Source: Candidatus Iainarchaeum sp. (lineage in GTDB: Archaea; Iainarchaeota; Iainarchaeia; Iainarchaeales; VGJJ01). Taken from it: 32,000 nucleotides of DNA. The notes under the pieces are model-generated. The model saw only the letters and a program-made list of their open reading frames with translations. It did no database searches and was not told the DNA's origin. The DNA is taken from positions 240,001-272,000 of the forward strand of contig JAUYHT010000006.1 of NCBI GenBank assembly GCA_030688545.1. The letters are read 5' to 3'. This document shows positions 17,064 through 23,577 of this stretch, one piece after another. A program made the translations under genes and the position numbers. Position 1 is the stretch's first letter. Each line of letters begins with the position of its first letter.

Positions 17064-17744
17064 TTAGCACCCCCCCACCATACCGGAGCCGCTTCCCTTC
17101 TCTATTCCGCGGTAAGCGTTCGAGGAGAGGTTGATGAAATTCAATGGGATTCCATTGGATTCCAGAGCGACGGCTTTCTGAGATATTTGCGTCGGGAAGA
17201 AGAGGGCTTTCCATTTCCCTAATTCTTCGAGTATTTGGTCATCCGTGTATTCGTCCGGGTGTTCCGTCAGGATATACTTGGCCACTCCCCGCATGGCGAA
17301 GCTGTGCGCGCACCCGCACGCGGCTTCCCCATTAGCGAAAATAATGGATTCCGCCCCGCAGCAGTATTCACAGCTAATCTGCAATAGGGTCTTGATGTAG
17401 CGTTCCTTAGCCTCCCCCTCTAATGTAATTGATTGATCCAAAGTGGCCAGTTTCCGGATAGTGGCATCCGCTTTCTGGGGGGAGTCGGCGGAGACATCGT
17501 CATAGGATATACCTAATTCCGCTCCGTATACTGGGGGCACGCCCTTGGGAAGCCCGGCGTATAGTTCTATTTGAGCAGGCGGTGTCGTGGGGGGAGCAGT
17601 GATCATTCCCGTGGCGGGATTCATTTGCGTCCCCATGCCACTTCCCATCATTTCCTGCATGCTCCCTAATTGCATGAAATTAATTACCGAAAAGACCAGC
17701 GCCAGGGCCAATAGCCCAGATGTAAGGGTCGTTGTCCGATCCAT
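17064..17744 (-). CDS. Membrane-anchored Met- and Cys-rich protein ending in MVGGC (operon gene 1)
   Basis: 226 aa with an N-terminal TM helix, Met cluster MQEMMGSGMGTQMNPATGM, Cys cluster SCEYCCGAESIIFANGEAACGCAHS and C-terminal GSGSGMVGGC. Confidence 0.75.
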   Translation of the reverse strand: MDRTTTLTSGLLALALVFSVINFMQLGSMQEMMGSGMGTQMNPATGMITAPPTTPPAQIELYAGLPKGVPPVYGAELGISYDDVSADSPQKADATIRKLATLDQSITLEGEAKERYIKTLLQISCEYCCGAESIIFANGEAACGCAHSFAMRGVAKYILTEHPDEYTDDQILEELGKWKALFFPTQISQKAVALESNGIPLNFINLSSNAYRGIEKGSGSGMVGGC

Positions 17745-17830
17745 AGTTCCATCATTCTCCTGCCATCCCTTCCCTGAGGGGAAGCGGATTTTTGATTAAG
17801 GAGGGAGCGAAACACCAATTATAGGTACGC

Positions 17831-17846
17831 GTGAAACTGGTTTCAC
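17831..17846. promoter_or_regulatory. Perfect palindrome GTGAAAC-TG-GTTTCAC between a TATA-like box and the regulator start
   Basis: 7-bp arms with a 2-bp spacer. It lies 6 nt after AATTATAGG (17817-17825) and 20 nt before ATG 17866. A second near-palindrome CTTCCCTGAGGGGAAG lies at 17769-17784. Confidence 0.4.
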
Positions 17847-17865
17847 TCCCCAAACATGGGTTTAT

Positions 17866-18396
17866 ATGGCTTTTTCGTCTGGGAATACATACATTATGCT
17901 TCCTCCACGCACCCTGGGATATGTTCTCGTAATTTGTGCCATCGTCCTGGGCGGCATCCTCTTTTCCCTCAAATCCAACGCGGACACGCAGGGATTGGCA
18001 TTGTGCCAGGCCTACACCGAGCAGAACAAGGACATGGCCTCCTGCCCCGCGCACGACGACAACGTTTCCTGGTCTTTCATCACCGCCTTCGGCATCACCT
18101 TCATCGCCCTGGGCACGGGAGTGTATTTTGTAGTGGCACCTGTTCCTCCTTCCCCTCCCAATGAGGCGGTCGCCCTCTCCCCCGCCCCCACCTTCGATGC
18201 CTCTTCCCTGGAAGGGGATGAAAAAGGGGTGTGGGAAAAGATGGTGGAGGCCAACGGTTCATTATTCCAGAGTGACCTGACGCGAACAACGGGGTTTTCC
18301 AAGGTGAAGCTCTCCCGCATTCTGGACAAGCTGGAATCCAAAGGGGCCATCGAGCGCAAGCGCCGGGGAATGGCCAACCTGGTCGTGGCGAAGTAA
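17866..18396 (+). CDS. Membrane-anchored winged-helix transcription regulator (COG2512-like architecture)
   Basis: TM1 is followed by a roughly 35-aa loop with LALCQAYTEQNKDMASCPAHDD, then TM2, a Pro-rich linker and a C-terminal wHTH (LFQSDLTRTTGFSKVKLSRILDKLESKGAIERKRRG). It is divergent from the Cys-rich operon. Confidence 0.8.
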   Translation: MAFSSGNTYIMLPPRTLGYVLVICAIVLGGILFSLKSNADTQGLALCQAYTEQNKDMASCPAHDDNVSWSFITAFGITFIALGTGVYFVVAPVPPSPPNEAVALSPAPTFDASSLEGDEKGVWEKMVEANGSLFQSDLTRTTGFSKVKLSRILDKLESKGAIERKRRGMANLVVAK

Positions 18397-18399
18397 TTT

Positions 18400-18444
18400 C
18401 CAAACCATCCCGGAATGTTCAGTAGGCGGCCCTTGTCCTTATTA
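18400..18444 (+). repeat. 45-bp direct repeat, copy 1 (left flank of the VapBC cassette)
   Basis: CCAAACCATCCCGGAATGTTCAGTAGGCGGCCCTTGTCCTTATTA differs from 19113-19158 by about 6 substitutions and one 1-nt indel. Confidence 0.85.
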
Positions 18445-18465
18445 TTTTAGGTTAAAAGTATCCTT

Positions 18466-18855
18466 TTACCAGGTGGTCTTGATATAGCCGGAGGCGATAA
18501 TCGCCGGATCTTTAGTTATAGCCGTACCTCCTAATACCTTGGCCGTGGCCGTAATAATCTTATCATGGATTTCAGGCACCTTTTCTAAATGCTGGCACAC
18601 TCGGATAATCCCGAGAGTCAAATCATAAACAATGTAGTTACTGCTTTCCCCTATTTTACCTAAAAGTTCGGAGAACAATTCACTTGAATCCTTTTTCTCG
18701 CAGATATAGAGTGCTTCTGCCAACACGATGGTTGGAATGACGATCGTGTTTTCACCTTTTTCGGCCTGCCGGAATACTGATGCGGCATTTGAGGATAATT
18801 GGATGTTTTCCGTCAAAAACCATAATAGTGAATGGGTATCCGCGATATACATCAT
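18466..18855 (-). CDS. vapC: PIN-domain toxin (VapC-like)
   Basis: 129 aa with acidic PIN residues in IADTHS, VLAEAL, IHDKIITATA and AITKD. It overlaps the upstream antitoxin ORF by 4 nt. Confidence 0.85.
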   Translation of the reverse strand: MMYIADTHSLLWFLTENIQLSSNAASVFRQAEKGENTIVIPTIVLAEALYICEKKDSSELFSELLGKIGESSNYIVYDLTLGIIRVCQHLEKVPEIHDKIITATAKVLGGTAITKDPAIIASGYIKTTW

Positions 18856-19034
18856 CGTAATGAATGAAACAGAGACTTCTCAGAGTCGGCAATATCTGTT
18901 TCCGATATCTCGATGCTTTTCCAGAGTCCGGCGATTGACACTACCTTTTTAGCGCCAGGTTGGATGGCACTTTTCAGCTCATTCAACGCATGCTCCAGAT
19001 CTTCCATCTTTTTAGCGAGCAATAGCGAATCCAT
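18852..19034 (-). CDS. Putative VapB-type antitoxin (60 aa)
   Basis: Small ORF overlapping vapC by 4 nt. TATATAAA (19058-19065, minus-strand sense) lies 24-31 nt upstream of the ATG. Confidence 0.65.
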   Translation of the reverse strand: MDSLLLAKKMEDLEHALNELKSAIQPGAKKVVSIAGLWKSIEISETDIADSEKSLFHSLR

Positions 19035-19112
19035 ATTATCATTTACCTAAAAGATTCTTTATATAGGTACTGGAGGTAAATCGCCATTAGCCCATTATTA
19101 AAATTCCACCTC

Positions 19113-19158
19113 CCAAACCATCCTGAAATGGTCAGAAGGCGGCCCTTAATCCTTATTA
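19113..19158 (+). repeat. 46-bp direct repeat, copy 2 (right flank of the VapBC cassette, upstream of GNAT)
   Basis: CCAAACCATCCTGAAATGGTCAGAAGGCGGCCCTTAATCCTTATTA. Its CCTTATTA end lies 23-30 nt before the GNAT ATG and may double as that gene's TATA box. Confidence 0.85.
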
Positions 19159-19180
19159 ACCAAAAATTCCAACCCTTTCC

Positions 19181-19612
19181 ATGCGCATCCGTCAAGCTAC
19201 TGCCAAAGATATCATTCCCATGGCCCGTCTCATGATGGACGTTTACTCCAAGCCGCCATTCAATGCCCGCCGACCACTTTCGGAAGCGGTGAAGAGCCTC
19301 CGATACTACTTGAAGATGGGCCACGCATTCGTGGCAGAGGAAAGGAAAGAATTGGTGGGAGCTACTGTTCTCCGGGTCGATCGTTTTTGGGAAGGAAATG
19401 TCTTGATCATAGAGGATCTGGCGGTGAAGGAAACCCCTGGCTCCCAAAACGTGCGTAAGGCCCTCCTTTCCAGCATGAGGAAATACGCCAAGCAGAAAAA
19501 GGCACACCTGATCTCCTTCTCCACCCTCCTCAAATCCCCCAACCTTGGATTCTACGAGAAAAATGGATTCAAATTACGGAAGGATTTGGGGATATTCGAG
19601 AAGCGGATTTGA
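19181..19612 (+). CDS. GNAT-family N-acetyltransferase
   Basis: 143 aa. It has the typical GNAT core (LIIEDLAVKE..GSQNVRKALLSSMRKYAKQKKAH) and a C-terminal GFYEKNGFK. Confidence 0.8.
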   Translation: MRIRQATAKDIIPMARLMMDVYSKPPFNARRPLSEAVKSLRYYLKMGHAFVAEERKELVGATVLRVDRFWEGNVLIIEDLAVKETPGSQNVRKALLSSMRKYAKQKKAHLISFSTLLKSPNLGFYEKNGFKLRKDLGIFEKRI

Positions 19613-19651
19613 AAAGTATCCATTCAATCGACTTGACATTAATCGCCGCTC

Positions 19652-19659
19652 TTTTTTTT
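19652..19659 (+). terminator. Oligo-T (T8) tract after GNAT
   Basis: The T8 run lies 40 nt after the GNAT stop, in the convergent gap with the SLC13 gene. Oligo-T is the usual archaeal termination signal. Confidence 0.4.
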
Positions 19660-19669
19660 CTATGCGGTT

Positions 19670-21016
19670 TCACATCCATACGAATGTAGCGAAGGCCGAT
19701 AACAGCAAAGCGGCGAGGAGGCTGAGGAGCAATCCCGTTTTGGCCATCTGGGGAACGGTGACAGCGCCCGTGGAGTAGGCGATGGCATTTGGAGGAGTGC
19801 CCATGGGGGCGGTGAAATCAATCGAGGCCGCGATCGCGGTGACCACCACAATGACCTCCACCGGTATCCCCAATGCGGGGGCGAGGGGGATGGTCAATGG
19901 AATCATGAGCGCGGCCGAGGCGGTGTTGGAGGCGAACATGGTGACGATAATCCCCACCACGGCGAGAAGGAAAATGAGAAGGAAAATAGGCAACCCCACC
20001 GCGTGCGCGGAGATGAGCGCCGCGAGGTGCGCGTCAATCCCGGTGGCCTGGAAGGCGCTCCCCAGAACAATGCCTGACCCAATGAGGGAAAGAATGGGCC
20101 AATCCACTTTCTTGAAATCTTCCGTTTCAAGCAAGCGGAATAAGTAGAGGAGGAGAATGGGTACTAATGCCACGACGCTCGTGGATAATTTCGTGAGAGA
20201 ATCGGTGGCCCAGAGGAGCGCGGTGAGGAGGAATATCCCTATGACCAGCCGCTGGCCCTTGTTTAATTTTTCGATGTGAGGACGGAGTCGGAGCCTTTTG
20301 ATTTCCGGAGGATAGATGCGCAGCACCACCCCCCAAATCACAAAAAGAAAAATGAGGACGAAAGGAAGGCCGTAGAACATCCAGTCCCAGAATCCGAAGG
20401 CCATTCCCATCTCCCCCAAATATTTGGCCGCGAGGGGATTGGGAGTAGATCCCACGAGTGTACCTAAACCCCCGACGGTGGCGGCGTAAGCCACCCCCAA
20501 AATAAAGGCTTTGGCGAAGGAGGACGTGGAAAGGGGCAGTTTGTTCTGGTGGAGCACAAATAGCACAATAGGAATCATCAGCGCGGCGGAGGCGGTGTTG
20601 GACATCCATAACGAGAGAAAGGCTGTGAGGAACATGAACCCGAGCAGCACCATGGATGGTTTCTCTCCCAGGTGGGATAATACCCGGTGGGCGATGAGGT
20701 GGTCCAATCCATGCTTCTGGAGGGCGATAGCCAGGACGAATCCTCCCAATAATAGAACGACAATGGGATCGAAGTAGAGAGGGAATATTTCCCCAGGAGA
20801 AAACCCCCCAAGCAGGATGAGGAGGAACGCAATGAGGAGACCCGTGATGTGCAAGGGCAATGCTTCCGTGAACCAATACACCACCGCCAGCACCGTAATG
20901 GCCAGCACCAATTGGGCCCGGGGTTCCCATCCTAAATCCAGGAAGAAATATACCAGCCCCGCGAGAACAGGACCCAAAACCAGCGTGCGCTCCCGCGATG
21001 CCCATCCCATACCCAT
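19670..21016 (-). CDS. SLC13/DASS-type (ArsB/NhaD superfamily) anion permease
   Basis: 448-aa polytopic protein with the repeated motif SNTASAALMIP in both halves (MSNTASAALMIPIV and ASNTASAALMIPLT), characteristic of DASS transporters. Confidence 0.85.
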   Translation of the reverse strand: MGMGWASRERTLVLGPVLAGLVYFFLDLGWEPRAQLVLAITVLAVVYWFTEALPLHITGLLIAFLLILLGGFSPGEIFPLYFDPIVVLLLGGFVLAIALQKHGLDHLIAHRVLSHLGEKPSMVLLGFMFLTAFLSLWMSNTASAALMIPIVLFVLHQNKLPLSTSSFAKAFILGVAYAATVGGLGTLVGSTPNPLAAKYLGEMGMAFGFWDWMFYGLPFVLIFLFVIWGVVLRIYPPEIKRLRLRPHIEKLNKGQRLVIGIFLLTALLWATDSLTKLSTSVVALVPILLLYLFRLLETEDFKKVDWPILSLIGSGIVLGSAFQATGIDAHLAALISAHAVGLPIFLLIFLLAVVGIIVTMFASNTASAALMIPLTIPLAPALGIPVEVIVVVTAIAASIDFTAPMGTPPNAIAYSTGAVTVPQMAKTGLLLSLLAALLLSAFATFVWM

Positions 21017-21232
21017 CCAAAACCCTCCCCATTAAAATATCCCGCGGGCGGGTTGGAAAGCAGGAAATCAGTTAATCAGGTTCACATCGTTATTTGAGGA
21101 TAAATCAAGCCCGATTGAATTCAAAAATGGGAGTCATTCAGTGATTCGATTTATTTCTCAAACGGATCTATCTTCCCTAGGCAAAGTTGAAAAGATAGGC
21201 AGGCTTATATTTCCAGAATTTTTCTTCCCAGA

Positions 21233-22072
21233 ATGCGGTGGCAAAAAATTGGGGCAGCGATTGGGTTTGGTCTAATTATTTTTATTATCGCGTCCATTTT
21301 CACACCTAACAATCAGGATTCAACTTTATCCGTCATTTTATCGGTATCCACATTCCTCTTTGGGGTTTTCATCGCTTTTGCTATTTCAGATCGCCGCAGC
21401 CGCATGGATGCCATTCGTGAGAATGATTCTGTGGAACGTGGATATATCGAAGAATTGTATCGTCTGTCATCCATTTTTGGAAAAAAAATTCAAAAAGAAT
21501 TCCAGATCGTTTTGGATAAATACCTTATGGCCACCCTCGACTATCCTATTTTCTATTACTATTTGACAGAGTACGAATTCAAGCAAATTGACAAAAAAAT
21601 TAACGAACTGGATATTAGCGGGGATAAAGAAAAGATTGCCTATGGAAATATTATGGATATTATGGAGAAAATGGGGGTGGCCCGAAAAAAAACAATTGCA
21701 CATATTGGAGACACTCTTTCAATTTTTGAATGGACCATATTCACCTTTCTTTCCATAATAATAATTTCAACCCTTTTACTGTCCAATTCTGGAGAAGTTT
21801 ATTCTGCATTGGTGGTGGGGATCATGAGCTTTATCATTGCATTGCTTATCGTATTCCTCGACAGCCTGAATTCATTGCAATGGAAAGAGGAAGAACGGCT
21901 GTTTGAGCCATACCAGCGGACATTCGAAGCCATCGATTTGATGCGCTATTATCCTGAAGACCTGCTCAGGGAGGGTAGGATTACCAAACACGTTGGAATA
22001 AAATACCGGGTAGGCACATACACTTTTTTGAACAACAAGATAATAGGGAAAAAAATTTCCATCAAAGGATAG
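21233..22072 (+). CDS. Hypothetical membrane protein (N- and C-terminal TM pairs, charged central region)
   Basis: 279-aa ORF in A/T-rich DNA. CTTATATTT lies about 30 nt upstream. I could not confidently assign a family. Confidence 0.65.
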   Translation: MRWQKIGAAIGFGLIIFIIASIFTPNNQDSTLSVILSVSTFLFGVFIAFAISDRRSRMDAIRENDSVERGYIEELYRLSSIFGKKIQKEFQIVLDKYLMATLDYPIFYYYLTEYEFKQIDKKINELDISGDKEKIAYGNIMDIMEKMGVARKKTIAHIGDTLSIFEWTIFTFLSIIIISTLLLSNSGEVYSALVVGIMSFIIALLIVFLDSLNSLQWKEEERLFEPYQRTFEAIDLMRYYPEDLLREGRITKHVGIKYRVGTYTFLNNKIIGKKISIKG

Positions 22073-22206
22073 ATATTTCCCTTTGGGCCCCGTACTAATG
22101 GTTGGGAGATAACTTTTTTGATTAAACTTTTTTCTTAAAAAAGTTAGTTTGATGAACCCTTTTTCAAAAGGTTCTTTACTAAAAAAGCCCGAGCAATAAC
22201 CAATAC

Positions 22207-22245
22207 ACCCCTACAAAATCAATAGGTTTAAATTATTGTAGGGGT
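22207..22245. promoter_or_regulatory. 10-bp perfect inverted repeat bracketing a TATA-like box just upstream of fic
   Basis: ACCCCTACAA (22207-16) and TTGTAGGGGT (22236-45) enclose GGTTTAAATTA. The right arm ends 5 nt before the fic ATG. Confidence 0.4.
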
Positions 22246-22250
22246 AATTA

Positions 22251-23201
22251 ATGGGAATGGTTTCCAAGAAAAGGAAGCGAATAAGAGGAAATGAATATGA
22301 CTACTGGAGCCTTTCGGTACGCTTGCCCAATGGAAAGGTCAGAACAGCCCAAAAAATGGTCCGGGACGGGGACGATCCGAAAACCATACGGGTTTGGGCT
22401 GATGCACAGGAACTCAAAATATGGCGGAATTGGGCCTCTCAATTCTACGCCGCCGACTCTATCTTTACCCCTGACCAAATCCAGAAAATAGAGGAAATGC
22501 GAATTGGATACAAAAAGATTACCCGCCGCTTGACCAAGAATCAACTAAAAGACTTGTTTGATCGCTTTACGGCCAATTTCACATATGAATCTAACGCACT
22601 GGAAGGAAGTTCTCTCACTCTCAAGGATGTAGCCATTATCTTGTTTGAGAAAAATATCATCAAAGGAAAAGATTTGCGTGAAATTTATGAAACAGTGAAC
22701 TCAAGAAATGTAGTGAATCTCATCCTAAAACGAAAATTCAAAGTAACGGAAAAAGACATCATCCGCGTACATAAAATGCTGGTTGACAAAATGGATGTAG
22801 AAACAGGATACAAAAAAATACCAAATTGGCTTCCCGGAAGAAAGATTGAAACCACGATGCCCGAAAATGTCGAAAAAGAAATGAAATCATTGGTAGAATT
22901 CTACCAAAAAAATAAAACGACTACACACCCATTGAAATTAGCCGCCCAGATCCATGGCAAATTCGAAAAAATACATCCATTTGACGATGGAAATGGCCGC
23001 GTGGGACGCTTTCTTATTAACATCATGTTGGTCAATGATGGATATCCACCACTGATTATTCGGAAAACCCAACGCATCCACTACCTGAAATGCTTGGAAG
23101 ATTTTGACAATGGATATACCCATAATATTGAGCGATTTTTACTGGAAAAATACAAAGACACCTACCGAAAATTCTTCGAAATATACATCAAATATATTTG
23201 A
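22251..23201 (+). CDS. Fic-domain protein (AMPylase family), class II with an internal inhibitory helix
   Basis: The Fic motif HPFDDGNGRVGR lies at 22974-23009 and the inhibitory motif SNALEG, (S/T)xxxE(G/N), at 22590-22607. Confidence 0.9.
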   Translation: MGMVSKKRKRIRGNEYDYWSLSVRLPNGKVRTAQKMVRDGDDPKTIRVWADAQELKIWRNWASQFYAADSIFTPDQIQKIEEMRIGYKKITRRLTKNQLKDLFDRFTANFTYESNALEGSSLTLKDVAIILFEKNIIKGKDLREIYETVNSRNVVNLILKRKFKVTEKDIIRVHKMLVDKMDVETGYKKIPNWLPGRKIETTMPENVEKEMKSLVEFYQKNKTTTHPLKLAAQIHGKFEKIHPFDDGNGRVGRFLINIMLVNDGYPPLIIRKTQRIHYLKCLEDFDNGYTHNIERFLLEKYKDTYRKFFEIYIKYI

Positions 23202-23214
23202 ATGGGTTATCCTA

Positions 23215-23251
23215 AGCCCTCGGTGGGCAATGTGGTAATTAGTTCGAATCC
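23215..23251 (-). repeat. tRNA-Thr 3'-end-like site A
   Basis: AGCCCTCGGTGGG (23215-27) is identical at 13 of 13 positions to 27734-27746. GTTCGAATCC follows 14 nt later (23242-51). The site starts 13 nt after the fic stop. Confidence 0.8.
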
Positions 23252-23400
23252 TTGGAATTCCAAAAAAACCTTGTTTTTGATGATGAAAAGGGGGATTAAT
23301 TAGCAGTACGACCCTGCCCTGTATGCGGTAGCGGCAGTTTTCCTTATTTCCTTTGGCCGAAAGTGCAATAGTGCATTAAATTGTGTATAAAGCCAATGCC

Positions 23401-23577
23401 CTATTTTTTCCCCAGGAATTTGGCGTGCTGTTTGCTCCACACGCTATTGGGTGTTTTCTTGAGCCAGTCCGCGTAGTAATCGATGAATGCCATCCGTTCT
23501 TTTCGGTTCTTTTCGACATCCGCACGGAGCGCCTTCCGATCCTTTTCCGTCAATCTGGGGACATCGCTCAGTTCCAT
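23401..23577 (-). CDS. 58-aa ORF coupled to the nucleotidyltransferase (copy 1)
   Basis: Below the track's cut-off. Sequence: MELSDVPRLTEKDRKALRADVEKNRKERMAFIDYYADWLKKTPNSVWSKQHAKFLGKK. Its ATG overlaps the upstream gene's last codons (ATGGAACTGA). A paralog lies at 31612-31785. Confidence 0.6.
   Translation of the reverse strand: MELSDVPRLTEKDRKALRADVEKNRKERMAFIDYYADWLKKTPNSVWSKQHAKFLGKK

Noticed and set aside
20127-21032. 301-aa minus-strand ORF overlapping the SLC13 permease in another frame
   Set aside because: The product is Gly/Pro/Arg/His-rich low-complexity translation of a GC-rich membrane-protein gene. The permease frame shows the duplicated SNTASAALMIP motif.
22185-22197. Possible additional degenerate copies of the 13-mer: AAGCCCGAGCAAT here, and AGCCCAACCC..TCGAATCC at 24246-24274
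   Set aside because: The similarity is limited to AGCCC plus a few bases or has the wrong spacing, which is too weak to count by eye. It is worth re-testing with a profile built from sites A-E.
23215-23251. Sites A, B and D as plus-strand mini-tRNAs or split-tRNA halves (GCCCTCG acceptor-like 5' end plus a sense GTTCRAATC T-loop)
   Set aside because: No T-stem or D-stem pairing and no complementary 3' acceptor strand (CGAGGGC) could be found downstream. The 13-mer matches the antisense 3' end (..GTGGG) better than the sense 5' end (..TGGCT).
23279-23286. C/D-box sRNA in the 200-bp gap after fic (C-box-like GATGATGA)
   Set aside because: No CTGA D box or terminal stem was found within the expected 50-70 nt.
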